DNA of 62,716 nt, counting the filler, from Stramenopiles sp. TOSAG23-6 (taxonomy: Eukaryota): assembly GCA_900128565.1 (NCBI GenBank). It is 27 parts of 27 records of this genome, joined end to end, with 100 filler letters (N's around TTAATTAATTAA, not from the genome) between each part and the next. Parts side by side here need not be neighbours in the genome. Positions count along the whole stretch, not along the records: positions 23,369 to 25,599 come from LT638196.1; positions 25,700 to 27,929 come from LT638197.1; positions 28,030 to 30,259 come from LT638198.1; positions 30,360 to 32,588 come from LT638199.1; positions 32,689 to 34,916 come from LT638200.1; positions 35,017 to 37,244 come from LT638201.1; positions 37,345 to 39,570 come from LT638202.1; positions 39,671 to 41,894 come from LT638203.1; 19 more parts are not named here. The stretch is one strand, 5' to 3'. This document shows, in pieces, positions 25,519 through 39,753 of the stretch. The notes under the pieces are model-generated. The model made no database searches. It was not told the DNA's origin and worked only from the letters and a program-made list of their open reading frames with translations. The position numbers and the translations under genes are program-made. Position 1 is the first letter of the stretch. The number at the start of each line of letters is the position of its first letter.

Positions 25519-25699
25519 GTACGTTTTATTTTTTTTTTAATTTTGAATTTATTTTTTTATAAAAATTTTGTACCTAACGATTTTTTTTTAAATATTTTTN
25601 NNNNNNNNNNNNNNNNNNNNNNNNNNNNNNNNNNNNNNNNNNNTTAATTAATTAANNNNNNNNNNNNNNNNNNNNNNNNNNNNNNNNNNNNNNNNNNNN

Positions 25700-27929
25700 T
25701 TTTTTTTTTTTTTTTGAAACTAAAAAAAAAAATTTTGAAATATTTTTCCAAAATACATACGTCGTGTTGAAGACTGGATATGAATCGACGTTGGAGATTG
25801 TTAAATGTCCTCTCGATGGAACATGCCTTGGTGGTGGAAAAAATAATACATCTTGGAATAATTGTGCTACTGGACGGAAAGGCATTTTGTGTGTATTGTG
25901 TGATGATACAAAAGGATATTATGTATGTTTTATTTTTTTTTTTTTTCTTTACCAAAAAAAAAAAAAATCGAATTTTTTTTTTTTATAAAAATTTTGTACC
26001 TAACAAATTTTTTAGAATTTTTTTTTGAAATATTTTCCAAAATACATAAATCTGGTATGAAATGTGAACAGAGAGATTGTGCGGAAACTTCTCCTGCTGC
26101 TGGTATTTTATTAATATTATTTTTGTTATTATTGTGGTGTATGTTATCGTGCTATTGTATGTCAAAACCAGCTCCACAATGGACAGATGCGGATGATCTT
26201 GCTGCAATGGAAGATGATGAAAAAAGTAGATCTTTGGGATATCTGGAACATGCAGGAGGAGCCTTAATGGAACAATCTGCATATGCTGAGTCTACACTTC
26301 AAAGCGATGGAAATAGTGCAGCAGTTGTGCGTAAAGCTACACTTGATGCCGTATCATCTGTGAAGAGCACGGCAAAGAGTGCAGCTGCACAAGCCAAAGA
26401 GTCCAAAGACGCTTTAAAGAAGTTATTATCAAATCAATGGCTTATTGCCTTGACGGATATCCGTAGTATATTGAAGCTTTTAGTATCTTATTTTCAAATT
26501 CTAACTCAACTTGATGTCACAGTAAATGCGCCATTTCCGTTGAAATTTAAAAACTTTTATCGCGGATTTAGTGCAATTAATATCGATTTGACGGGTATTA
26601 TTGGACCAGTTGATTTGTGTAATTTAAGTACAAGTTTTTCGAATGGTTTTTATATTCATCTTTGTATTTTGCCAATACTATCGATTCTTGTGTTTATCAT
26701 CTGGCTGTTATTAGGGTATACATGTATGTTTTTTTTTTTTNTCACCAAAATTTTTTTTTTTTTTTTATTTCAAATTTTTTTAAAATTTTAAAAAAATTTT
26801 TTTTTTTTTAAAAATTTTTAAAAAAAAAAAAATTTTTTTAAAATTTTAAAAAAATTTGAAATAAAAAAAAAAAAAAAATTTTGGTGAAAAAAAAAAAAAA
26901 CATACATGTATACCCTAATAACAGCCAGATGATAAACACAAGAATCGATAGTATTGGCAAAATACAAAGATGAATATAAAAACCATTCGAAAAACTTGTA
27001 CTTAAATTACACAAATCAACTGGTCCAATAATACCCGTCAAATCGATATTAATTGCACTAAATCCGCGATAAAAGTTTTTAAATTTCAACGGAAATGGCG
27101 CATTTACTGTGACATCAAGTTGAGTTAGAATTTGAAAATAAGATACTAAAAGCTTCAATATACTACGGATATCCGTCAAGGCAATAAGCCATTGATTTGA
27201 TAATAACTTCTTTAAAGCGTCTTTGGACTCTTTGGCTTGTGCAGCTGCACTCTTTGCCGTGCTCTTCACAGATGATACGGCATCAAGTGTAGCTTTACGC
27301 ACAACTGCTGCACTATTTCCATCGCTTTGAAGTGTAGACTCAGCATATGCAGATTGTTCCATTAAGGCTCCTCCTGCATGTTCCAGATATCCCAAAGATC
27401 TACTTTTTTCATCATCTTCCATTGCAGCAAGATCATCCGCATCTGTCCATTGTGGAGCTGGTTTTGACATACAATAGCACGATAACATACACCACAATAA
27501 TAACAAAAATAATATTAATAAAATACCAGCAGCAGGAGAAGTTTCCGCACAATCTCTCTGTTCACATTTCATACCAGATTTATGTATTTTGGAAAATATT
27601 TCAAAAAAAAATTCTAAAAAATTTGTTAGGTACAAAATTTTTATAAAAAAAAAAAATTCGATTTTTTTTTTTTTTGGTAAAGAAAAAAAAAAAAAATAAA
27701 ACATACATAATATCCTTTTGTATCATCACACAATACACACAAAATGCCTTTCCGTCCAGTAGCACAATTATTCCAAGATGTATTATTTTTTCCACCACCA
27801 AGGCATGTTCCATCGAGAGGACATTTAACAATCTCCAACGTCGATTCATATCCAGTCTTCAACACGACGTATGTATTTTGGAAAAATATTTCAAAATTTT
27901 TTTTTTTAGTTTCAAAAAAAAAAAAAAAA
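25700..27929. repeat. Whole-contig inverted duplication (palindrome centred near 26815), likely amplification/assembly chimera
   Basis: The right half is the reverse complement of the left half, with mirrored ORFs. Confidence 0.9.
25759..26723 (+). CDS. Cys-rich multi-pass membrane protein fragment
   Basis: CATGRKGILCVLC, hydrophobic segments, LKLLVSYFQI; family intron near 25923-26047. Confidence 0.65.
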
Positions 27930-28029
27930 NNNNNNNNNNNNNNNNNNNNNNNNNNNNNNNNNNNNNNNNNNNNTTAATTAATTAANNNNNNNNNNNNNNN
28001 NNNNNNNNNNNNNNNNNNNNNNNNNNNNN

Positions 28030-28222
28030 GATGAAGCTCGAGAATTTGAGAATAATCTGAGCCCAAAATCGTGTATGCTGTATTGTTCGTTACCGGTGCA
28101 GCATAAGGAATAAAACCTTTCATTTCCATACCATTCGACTTGCCCTCATCACGAGACATTGCTACCGCGACTGAGCCGCCAGGGCCCTGACTCATGTCAG
28201 GTTCAACCTTGGCTGTATTCAT
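28030..28222 (-). CDS. N-terminus of a protein, possibly AIM24-like
   Basis: ATG-initiated frame running off the contig, YTILGSDYSQILELH; family call is weak. Confidence 0.4.
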
Positions 28223-28560
28223 TGAGTACGCTTCTGAGGTTTATTGAAAAAAGAATTGTCGAAATACCAAATGAGATGAGTGGTTAAAATTCGAAAAGTC
28301 AACACAAATATCATAAATGACAGTAAGTCAAGGCAAGCAAGTGACACGAAATCCGTAAATTTCATGCCCGGAGAAATTGGGGATATTACACCGTGGACCG
28401 TTACGAAAAAAAGAGGAAAAAAAAGGAATCATAGAATAAAAACTGATCAGTACCTGCCCCAAGGTTATCAGTTGGCTTTTCTGCATATAAAGGACACCAC
28501 GGAATCTTTTTACACATAATCACGGTGTACTGGAAAACTGGAAAGAATAATTATTATATA

Positions 28561-30259
28561 ATGAGTTGTTGTATTGACCTCTGTTTCGGTTGTACTTGTG
28601 AAGGTTTAGCTTGTTGTGGTGCAGTATGCTGTACCTGTTTGTCATCAAGAAAGCAACACCGACGAGATGATGAAGCGCATACATTCTGTTCGCGATTCTG
28701 TATCTGGTGTCAGTTTGCCTTTTATTGCATCATGGCTGGTGTAACAATGGTTTTAATCTTTATTATTGGAATGGCGCCGGAGTCCCTCGGTTTAGGTACG
28801 GCAAAGACAGGTGAAAATAATTGTATCCAACAGCCGGGATGTGACGTCATAGTTCTTTCTATGTGTAATCCAAATATCTATAATTGTCCTGTAGACGATG
28901 ATGATAATCCAGACACAGAAAAACCATTCAATCCGTTTTTTGAAAAATCACTTTCAATACAAGGAGATGTAGTAAAAACTTGTCGAATATTTGAAAGATG
29001 TATGTTTTATTTTTTTTTTTAACAAAAAAATCGATTTTTTTTTCGTACGCAATTTTGTACCTAACGAATTTTAAGTTTTTTTTTTTGAAATATTTTTCAA
29101 AAATACATACGGTTCACATTGGACAATTCCTGCTTCCTCAGATACATCAATGGAATCTACATTACGAAAAACAAAACCAGAGTTATTTCGAGATCGCACT
29201 TGCTCAGATGCATCTTCAGAAGCAGATTGTGATATTCTTATTGGATGTAATTGTACGTTTTATGATGATTTTTTTTTACCAATTTTTTTTTCATACGAAA
29301 TTTTGTACCTAACAAAACATTTTTACAAAAAAAAATATTTTTTCAAAATACATGGAGTGGTTCCTGTGGGGGGATGATAACAAAATGTAATGATATCACA
29401 GATACAGGAAGCAATGCTGGAGTGACTGCGCTTATTGTTATATTACTTATAGTTTTCATCGTATTTGTAGGGGTTGCTTTTATGCGTCATCGTGTAATTT
29501 TTCAAAATTGATTTTTTTTTTACCAATTTCAAATTCATTTTTTTTCCTTATCAATTCTGTAACTAACAAATTTCGAATGTAAAATATTTTCTTCAATCCA
29601 TACACTTTATCTATATGATGAAAAGATGAAAAAACTTGCGGATGAGAAGAAGGACCATAATAAAGAAAAAGAAGAAGAAGAAGAAGAAGAGGAACCAAAT
29701 TATTGCTTGGAATGTCCACCATTATGGTGTGTAAGATGCATGCCTACTAAAGTACGTAGCTCTTGTTGTGATGGTTGTTGTGATTGTGATGATGAAGAAG
29801 ATGGAAACGTTAAAGCGACTGCCAAAGTTAGCCCCTTATCGCCAGAGGAAACAAAAGGTCCGCCTGAAAGAGGTGCCCAAATGTCAGACCCAAGAATGGG
29901 TGAAGTTGGTACAAATAAAATAAATCGACCTAATTTACAAATTTCTCCTGATTCTGGTCGTGGTGGTCTTGATGGACTAGGTGATGTTGGATTGATGCAA
30001 TTATCGGGTGCAGTGCCTAGTTTTGCTACTAATGATATCAATCGTTCAAGTAGCATGGCAGATTTTCGACAAAAACAAATTGAACAAGAACAAAAAAATC
30101 AACTCTTACAAATGGAAATAACTCAACTTCGAATGGAGCAATCTCTAAATAATAATGCAAATATTCAGAAATCAGCGAGTATGAACAATATAAATCAAAT
30201 GGGTAGTCAAATGGGTATTCAGAGATCAGCAAGTTTGAATCCAAATATGAATTCAGGAA
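28561..30259 (+). CDS. Cys-rich membrane protein, multi-exon, partial
   Basis: Frame is continuous across GT-AT introns (ER-Y-GS, CN-W-SG); hydrophobic segments. Confidence 0.7.
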
Positions 30260-30424
30260 NNNNNNNNNNNNNNNNNNNNNNNNNNNNNNNNNNNNNNNNN
30301 NNNTTAATTAATTAANNNNNNNNNNNNNNNNNNNNNNNNNNNNNNNNNNNNNNNNNNNNTTTTTTTTAATTATCAAAATTAATAATAATTAGTCAAATAG
30401 CGTCTTGTTTTCATCTGATTGATT

Positions 30425-32492
30425 TCAACCTGCAAGACCTCCCAGGAGACCTACTACACCAGAGCCGATAGATCCTCCAACAGAGAAGATACCTTCAAAG
30501 AGACCGAATACACCAGAGCCCATACTTTGCAGGACAGATGCTATATCAGAGCTCACAGAAGATAATCCTGAAACACCCCCCGAAAGTTCATTCCAGAAGT
30601 CACCAATGCCAGTGCCATCAATATCCAAACCCTTAATACCCTCAAAGTTAGTCAATTCTGCATCTTGAGTTCCATAAGTGACAGAAGTGACAGTTTTCAG
30701 AAGATCTTGATCAGAACCAGCGTCACTTGAAATTGGTATACCTAGCAAAACTCCACCATCGGTAGGAGTATCTGCTGCATATGTGTCTCCAACATCAGAA
30801 GCAGAAATTCCTGCAGGTGTGTTATTACCATAGCCATACCCATACCAAGGGCCATAACCATATCCATAACCATAACCATAGTAACCATAACACCAGTTTA
30901 GAATAAAACAACTTCCAAAGTCATCCCAATACACTCCGTCGTTTTGATTGAAATGTACTCCACAATTGATAATTTTTTTCTGTTCTTCTTCATTTGGTTC
31001 TTCCTTTTTCAACTCTGTATAACGTTCTTCACCGAGTTCTTTGAATAAACATTTTTTTATTTCTTCTTTTGTTTCTGGGATTTTTTTATCTGTTTCATCT
31101 TGTGTTGATTGTTTTTGTAGTTTTTGTAATTGTACTCTTTTGAATCTAATGTTTTCTTTTTCATGTTTTTGTGCTTCATTTTTTTTCTTACGTACATTTA
31201 AATGGTATTTAACAAATTCTCTTTGCCGTTTATGTACATCTTCCAAATATTTTACTTTGGTTTTGATTAATTTCGTGAGAGCTTCTTCTTGCTGTTGATG
31301 GAAATCATTGAGACTCTTTTTTGCTTCTTGTTGCTCCTTTCGGAGATTTTGGAGATCCTCTCGTTTACCAATACCAATTCCTCTATGATTTTGAGTATTT
31401 TGAGTACTTTTTGTTTTATGATTTGCTATCTGTTCATCATGGCGATCTTTTTGCTTTTGTTTTTCTTCTTCATGCTCTTGTTTTTGTTTTTCTTTTATCT
31501 TTTTTAAAAACGTATTGTACATTTGAACTTCAATGACCTGCTTCCGTTTTTGTAAAAGAAGTACAAATGTTTGAAATGTACTTTCACCCATATGGAGTAA
31601 CTTCTCTGTAATTTTTTTTAGCATTTCTTGTGTCTGTTGCTTTGACATATTTTTGTCATGTGATGGAAATATTGGTTCATGAAATCTCATCAGCCAATCA
31701 GGAATTGTATTACCATCTGCATCATATAACTTTGTGTCTTGATGTTGATGTATTTTAGAAAAATATTTAAAAAAAAAAAAAAAATTGTTAGGTACAACAT
31801 TTCGTATGAAAAAAATATTTAAAAAAAAAAAAAATTGTTAGGTACAAAATTTCGTATGAAAAAAATATTTAAAAAAAAAATCGATGAAAATAATATACAT
31901 TTGCTCCTTCGCCCATAAAAACACTTTCTCTTTCTTTTGCGACAATTTCTTCTTCACCACCATTAGTATAACGATTTATTTTCTTTTCAAGACGATTATT
32001 CCAGTCATATTGACTCTCTGTTATATATTGACTTATCATTTCATTTAGTTCATATTGTTTCGCATTTGTACCAGATAATTCCTTAAAGTACTCTTGTGAA
32101 ATTAGTACTTTGAACCTGTGCTCCGATTGAGCTAAATATAATTCATTTTCAGATAAGGTGCTACCCGGTTCACTAAGAACACACACTTTAAATTGTTTGA
32201 ATCGTAACAATTTGCATCGCCCTGTACAGATTTTGTCGGGTGAATCGTCGCTTTTCCACCACTCTTGCAAATAGCAATCATTAATAATTGGTTCTGGGTC
32301 AAAATTTATTAAATCATCTGAAAATAACCATGGTTTTTCAGATTCTAAATTTGAAGCTGGATCATTTGAATCTCCAAAAAGCGCACTTACTTGTTGAACA
32401 CAAAAGCTTTCATGAATAACTCGACATAAATCTTCACACCAAGTCTGGGGACAGAAAAAGTCTTTATCCTTTGGATCACAAGTGATGGCTCC
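30425..32492 (-). CDS. Hypothetical protein with coiled-coil, YG-rich and Gly/Ser-rich C-terminus (two exons, partial)
   Basis: Long open frames flanked by family introns. Confidence 0.6.
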
Positions 32493-32735
32493 ATGTATTT
32501 TGGAAAAATATTTCAAAAAAAAAAAAAATATCGTTAGGTACAAAATTTCGTACGAAAAAAAAAAATCGATTTTTTTGTTAAAAAAAAANNNNNNNNNNNN
32601 NNNNNNNNNNNNNNNNNNNNNNNNNNNNNNNNTTAATTAATTAANNNNNNNNNNNNNNNNNNNNNNNNNNNNNNNNNNNNNNNNNNNNGAAAAAATAAAT
32701 TCGATTTTTTTGTAAAAAAAAAAATACAATGTACA

Positions 32736-33847
32736 TGCTAATCTTGTGTGGAAAGTAACGGCCTAAAATATGTTCAGCTTGAATAGAATTAGTCGCAGAT
32801 GATGAAGGAAATGTATTGTGAAAAATACGTTTATTATTTTAAATTTGTTAGGTACAGAATTTGATACGATTTAATTTTTTTTTTTTTTTTTTTTTAAATT
32901 TGTGTAAGATTTAAAAAAAAAAAAAAACAGAAATTCAAACATCATTATGAAAATGTACAATCATGATGATTATCTTCTGTGGATGTGGATTGCGTTACTT
33001 GGTGATATTGTGACACATGATTTGTGGAAAAATATTTCAAAATTTGTTATAAAAAAAAATTGTTAGGTACAACACATTTTGTATAAAAAAACCCCCAAAT
33101 ACATTCGAAATTGAAATTGAAATGAAAACGTACAAATTGGTTAAAACAAAATTTAACAATCCAGTATTTATTAGGAAAGTAAATGCATTTTGAATCTTCA
33201 TCATTGTAATGTTCTGAACTATTTTGGTTCATATTTTGGAGAGGCATTGTATGGAGAGTAAGTGTATCAAAACTTTGTAAACACTCAGATTCTTTAATGG
33301 TTGTAAACAACAATGGAAGTTTTGGTAGATTTGTGTCTTTTTTTAAACATTCTTCATCTTTACTTGTGCAACTATTAGGTTTATCTTGAATATCTTTTGA
33401 ATACGCTGCGGATGTTGCAGGACATACTGTTGTGGAATGATGATGATTGGTATTTAAAGTATCTTTGATTAACCAACCTAAATGAGTGTTGCATCGTGTA
33501 CAAAAGATTTTTTGTGTATGAATAGCTTCTGGTTGAACATCATCGGATACAGTTGACACGGGTTGTTTTGCTATTTTCAAATGTTGACCACGTGTAAATA
33601 ATGCCACTCTACTATCGTTTTCTATATTATTTTGTAAAGTATCGAGACTAAAAGTATCACTTCCAACGTTTACTGTATCGTCGTGTAGTAGTGATGAATG
33701 ATGATGATACTCGTGCGATGTGATTTCTGCACCACACATTCTACAGAACAACTTTGTTGATGAGTGTTCTGAACCATGCTCTGCTACTACAGTCCAACTG
33801 TAACATGTAATGATGAAAACGAAATGTAACAATACTCTTGTAATCAT
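32736..33847 (-). CDS. Secreted CULT/Yippee-like zinc domain fused to MRH/PRKCSH (OS-9-like) domain
   Basis: Signal peptide; LFCRMCG..FCTRCNTHLGW; CIYFPNKYWIVKFCFNQF|VSQYH across a GT-AT intron. Confidence 0.7.
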
Positions 33848-34111
33848 GTTAATGTTTCATTTGAACAATGTTTTTTTCTATTCTTTTTTAGTCTTTGTGT
33901 TTGTGTTTTTTTTGACTACTATAGCAAAAAGCACAAAAAGCGTTCAAAAATTTTTCATGGAACAAACATGATATTGTTGAGTGGATTGATATAATTATTT
34001 TTTGCGCGTGCCGCCAAGTTGTCAACGCGCGCAAGCTCTACAGTACTAGTTAGTTAGTTTATCTTTAATGACTGTAGCTACAGCAGATTCATTTAACACA
34101 AGACGAACAAT

Positions 34112-34916
34112 ATGAAGGATTATCGAGGAATTAATGCAAAGGGCGGAAGGAACGGAAGGAATCATCCTCTTTGGCGATATATTCGTAAAATATGTACATC
34201 CACCTCGTCCACATCTTTAAAACTTGTCAGAAAATTGATACAAACTAGAGGTAGGACTATATTCCAACTGTTTATACTAACTTCATTCGTCGCTCTTTTT
34301 TATTATATGACGAGTACGGGAAAGCGCTGTCCACGTATCAATCCAGGTATCAATACAAATCTTAGACTTAGAGACAACGACTACTCTAAGATCAACCAGA
34401 ACGACGACATGACCTCGTTGTTTTCCATTGAATCCAGCCGTGTTGTTGCTGTTATACCTACTTGCAATCGCTTTAACTCGACAATGGGAAATTCTTTAAA
34501 CGATGCAATTGAAAGTGTACTTGCTCAGACACGTCCTGTTGAAGAAATTGTTGTCGCAATTGATAGTGGTCCTCAATGTGTGTCCACAATTGAAAATAAG
34601 TGGGGTAGTACTGTGACCATTGTGAAACTACCGCCATGTATTTATGATACTATCGATAAAATTGATAAAATTGATAAAATTGATAAAATACAAGAATCAA
34701 AAAAAACAAAAAAAACAATAAAACAATCAAAACATCGTTGTGGATTAGCTGGTCGTGCACGACAATACGGGATGGAACATGCGAAAACTCATACGTTTTC
34801 ATTTCAATTTTGAATTTATTTTTTTTTTTCGTACGAAATTTTGTACCTAACAATTTTTTTAATTTTTTTTTTTGAAATATTTTTTCATACTTTAGAACAA
34901 GTCACTCATTGGGCTT
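34112..34916 (+). CDS. Glycosyltransferase family 2-like membrane protein, partial
   Basis: TM segment, then VVAVIPTCNR..AIESVLAQT..EIVVAID..GRARQYGM. Confidence 0.8.
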
Positions 34917-35074
34917 NNNNNNNNNNNNNNNNNNNNNNNNNNNNNNNNNNNNNNNNNNNNTTAATTAATTAANNNNNNNNNNNNNNNNNNNNNNNNNNNN
35001 NNNNNNNNNNNNNNNNGAAATTTTGTACCTAACAAATTTTAGTTTTTTTTTTTAAATATTTTTCCAAAATACAC

Positions 35075-37183
35075 GAACTCTTCGACTTGTCGAATCGTCA
35101 CAAAATCTTATTCGCCTTGTGGGTTTATCTGCAACTCTTCCGAATTATTTAGATGTAGCATATTTCTTACGAGTTGACCCAACACCTGGTAAGGGTTTAT
35201 TTTACGCTGATGATTCGTTTCGGCCTGTGCCTTTATCATCACAATATATGTATGTTTTATTTTTTTTTTAATTCGAGTTTTTTTTGTTTTGGTTTTTTAT
35301 AAAAATTTTGTACCTAACAATTTTTTTTTGATTTTTTTTGAAATATTTTTCCAAAATAAATATTTTTCCAAAATATATTGGTGTAACTGAAAAACATCCT
35401 ATGAAAAAAAGAAAAATGATGAATGATGTTGCATATGAAAAAGTAATAGAAGCTTTGTTACTTGGACATCAAGTTTTGTTGTTTGTTCATTCACGGAAAG
35501 ATACAGCAAATACAGCAAGAGCTATTCGAGATTCTGCACAAAAAAATGATTCATTACATTTATTCTCTGGGCAGAATTCATGTACGTTTTCATCATGAAT
35601 TTTTTTTTTCATAGTACATTTCGTACCTAACGATTTTTTTCATGCTTTGGTTTTTTTTCACAATACATGTATAGGTAACTATAGTCAACTCTCGTCACGA
35701 GTGAATAAATCTAGAGATGGTATTCTCAGAGAATTATTTGGTTTTGGTATTGGATGTCATCATGCAGGAATGCTCAGAAATGACCGGAATCTTGTAGAAA
35801 AGTTATTTGATAAAGGTGCTATAAAATTGCTTTGTTGTACCGCGACACTTGCGTGGGGTGTAAATTTACCAGCTCATACTGTTATCATAAAAGGAACGCA
35901 AATATATAATGCTGAAAAAGGTGGATTTAGTGATTTGGATGTCCTCGACGTTCAACAAATATTTGGTCGCGCGGGTCGTCCACAGTATGTATGTTTTATT
36001 TTTTTTCAAATTCGAAGTTTTTTTTTCATACGAAATTTTGTACCTAACAAATTTAAGTTTTTTTTTTTGAAATATTACCTCTGGAGAGGGTATTATAATA
36101 ACATCTCATGATAAATTGAATCATTACTTGCGTTTAATGACGCATCAAATTCCCATTGAAAGTACTTTTGTGAAAGCGCTTCCGGATCATTTAAATGCTG
36201 AAATTGTTGCCGGTTCAGTAACATCTTTGAAGGAGGCTGTTTCATGGTTAAGCTATACGTATTTATATGTAAGAATGCTCAGAAATCCAATGGTGTATGG
36301 TATTGGGTATGAAGAGAAAAACATCGACCCAATGTTAGAAAAACAGCGAAAACTATTAGTAGAAACTGCGGCAAAAAAGCTAGATTTGTGTAGAATGATT
36401 CGATACGATCAAAAAAGTGGCAGTTTAAATGTAACAAATCTTGGGCGCGTGGCTTCTCATTTTTATATCAGCCATGAAACTATTGAAATATTTAATGAAT
36501 CTATTCACTCTTATATGACTGATTCTGAAATGTTGAGTGCAATTAGTCATGCATCTGAATTTAATCAATTAAAACTTCGAGATGAAGAAATTTCAGAACT
36601 TGAATTAATTTCTAGGATGGTGCCAGTAAAGATAAAAGGTGGTATAGAGAATCCCACTGGAAAAGCGAATCTTCTCCTTCAATCCTATATATCAGGGAAG
36701 CGACCTGTGGCATTTACTTTATGTTCGGATGCAAATTATGTGGCAAAGAATGCTGGTAGAATAGCTCGGGGATTGTTTGAAATTTGTTTGAAGAACAACT
36801 GGTCTCGTGTTGCTGCGAGAATGTTGGAACTATGTAAGTGTATAGATAAACAAATATGGTGGCACCAGACAACATTGCGTCAGTTTCATATTCTTCGATC
36901 TAAATATGAAGTGTTAGCAAAAATAGAAGAGAAAAATCTCACAGTTGAACAAATTTTAAATTCGGATATGTCGACACACGAAATCGGTACAATAGTCCGT
37001 GATAATAAAATGGGTGTTCAAATAAAAAAATAAGCAGAACAAATGCCATGCTTGAAGTTAGATTATACTATTCAACCAATCACACGTGGGATTTTGCGTG
37101 TGAAATTAACCATTGAAGGAACATTTAAATGGAACGACAAAATTCATGGTACATCAGAACCTTGGCACATTTGGGTGGAAGAT
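35075..37183 (+). CDS. ASCC3: Ski2-like helicase ASCC3/Slh1 (Brr2 family), internal exons; in-frame TAA at 37031
   Basis: [59 protein letters not shown], Sec63 domain. Confidence 0.9.
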
Positions 37184-37344
37184 GTATGTTTTTATTTTTT
37201 TTTTAACAAAAAAATCGAATTTATTTTTCGTACGAAATTTTGTANNNNNNNNNNNNNNNNNNNNNNNNNNNNNNNNNNNNNNNNNNNNTTAATTAATTAA
37301 NNNNNNNNNNNNNNNNNNNNNNNNNNNNNNNNNNNNNNNNNNNN

Positions 37345-37401
37345 TCTTTCAAGCTTCTTTCAAGCTTCTTTCAAGCTTCTTTCAAGCTTCTTTCAAGCTT
37401 C
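37345..37401 (+). repeat. 11-bp tandem repeat (TTCAAGCTTCT)n
   Basis: About five direct copies. Confidence 0.9.
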
Positions 37402-37733
37402 GTATACTTTTTGGTCAAAAAATTTTAAGTTTTTAGGTATGAAATTTCGTATACTTTTTGATAAGTAAGAAAATTCGTATACTTTTTGTTAGGTATAAAA
37501 TTTCGTATACAATTGTTCAAGGAACAAACCTGCTCAAATTTATCAGAGGCTTCGCGGTTGCCGGTCCAATTTTTACCGGTCCATCGCCATCAGAATTTAA
37601 TGCGCTGATGTACTTGTAGAACTTGCACTGTACTGTAGAACTTTTGCAATCACAAAGCATATTCATAATTGACAAATACTATCCCATTATACGTTCAGAT
37701 TCATAGTGTATTGTTGAACCTGTCATTGAGGAC

Positions 37734-39204
37734 ATGCCTTTGTTCTCTGAGAATGTAGAGAAACCAGTGTCGTCTACAGAGAAACCAGTGTCGTCTACAT
37801 CGAATCACATAGGCGGCCAATCTCAGAATATTTCGTTTTTGGATGATGTCTTTGGCGACGATACACTGTGGTATAGTGATCCAGAGGACTATGTCCCTGA
37901 AACTAGTCATGGGATATCATCCGATGATGAGTTTTTAGATAATATGGATTTTAACCTTCCTTCTTGTTCAGATTCAGCAGAAGAAGACGAGGCATCCGTT
38001 GGTTATGTCGACCCAGCGTTATACACTGATGGTTGTGAGTTTCCTAGTGCTAGTACTAGAGAAGGCGCGTCCAATTCTTTAGATTTCGATGACATTTTAT
38101 CATCTACAAAAGAGTATACTGATACTCGTGGCAGGAAACAAAACTCGATTTGGAGACAAAAAGTATTCGATGGCTCTGCGCAAAATGGTTCATCGACTGG
38201 TATTGCAAAGCGAACAAGGGCACACCATAATGTCCAAGGGAAATGGGAAGATTTCGACGAAGCTCTTGAAGAGGCGGATGTGGATGCATGGGTACCTGAT
38301 TCTAATGATTTAGATGAAGCTGATCTGACATATAGGAATTTTTGTGATAATTTTGTCAATAACAAAAATGTTGATTCATCATCTACAGAAAAAAACGTTG
38401 AGAATTCTGAAAATATTGTGTCTCCTTTAGATCTTGATGGTGATGACTTAGATGGAGATTACATTCCTGAAGAATCGAATGGTGTTTTAAAGAATGCTTT
38501 ATCGGGTGGAGGAAATTTATATGATCATTTTCAACATTATAATATTCATGTATCTTTTATTTTTTTCAATTTCGAATTTATTTTTTTTTTGGTTTTCGTA
38601 CGAAATTTCGTACCTAACAAATTTTACAAAAAAAATATATTTTTCACAATACATGTATCCAAAAGAGAGTTGGAAGATTTGTTACAGGAACCTAATGATG
38701 ATTATGCGAAATGGGCAGGTGTGTCAAATACTACACGAAATTCTATAACAAATGAAAAGAGTGAAAAGAGTGAAAAGAATGAAAATAATAAATTAGTATC
38801 AAGGCATTCAAAATCTCGAAGGAGTACACGAAATAAATCACAAGAATTTTGTACTACAAAAACAAAAAATACAACAAAAACATCTACAAAATGTGAAAAA
38901 ATATGTAGTGTAGATGTAGGTACGGATTTTCATATAAAAAATGTTGATGAGGATACTACGACTGAAAGTACAGTAGGTGTAAATAAATGTTCATATTGTA
39001 ACGGTACAGAAAATACAAATAATACAAATAATACAAATAATACAAATAATACAAACAATACAAATAATACAAACAATACAAAAAATGATTTTATTTGTAA
39101 AAATTGTCGTTTATGGCATCGAACTACTGAAAAACGAAGGCCAGTTTTTCTTGACCGTCAGCAATATATAAGACTTCAAAACCAACTTCGAAGACATTTA
39201 CAAT
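37734..39204 (+). CDS. GON4L-like acidic nuclear protein, 5' part
   Basis: IAKRTRAH and RLQNQLRRHLQ motifs, recalled as resembling GON4L; family intron near 38549-38654. Confidence 0.5.
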
Positions 39205-39753
39205 GTATGTTTTATTTTTTTTTCAATTTTTTGTCTAAATTTTTTTTTCAATTTCGAATTTATTTTTTTTTCAATTTTTTGTCTAAATTTTTTTTTTCAT
39301 ACGAAATTTTGTACCTAACAAATTTTTTAGATTTTTTTTTTTAAATAATTTTTTTTCATACGAAATTTTGTACCTAACAAATTTTTCAAAATTTTTTTTG
39401 AAATATTTTTCCAAAATACATTCAAAATGAACAATGAATCAGCAAAAGTTGCTTTATATCACTCATATAATGCAAAATTAGCATCTGAGAAAGCAAATCG
39501 TTGTGTACAATTAGCATTATCATCTGTCGTCCAAGCCATTGAATATACAACAGTAAACCCTAACCCTAACNNNNNNNNNNNNNNNNNNNNNNNNNNNNNN
39601 NNNNNNNNNNNNNNTTAATTAATTAANNNNNNNNNNNNNNNNNNNNNNNNNNNNNNNNNNNNNNNNNNNNTGGAAAAATATTTGAAAAAAAANTCGTTAG
39701 GTACGAAATTTCGTACGAAAAAAAATTCGAATTTGAAAAAAAATAAAACATAC

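Noticed and set aside
25700-27929. Large palindrome as a foldback element or hairpin telomere
   Set aside because: An exact inverted copy folding inside a homopolymer-rich intron is typical of amplification or assembly chimeras
37031-37033. Stop-codon reassignment (TAA read as sense)
   Set aside because: Single case; TAA ends other genes (1586, 6162, 20546, 62576)
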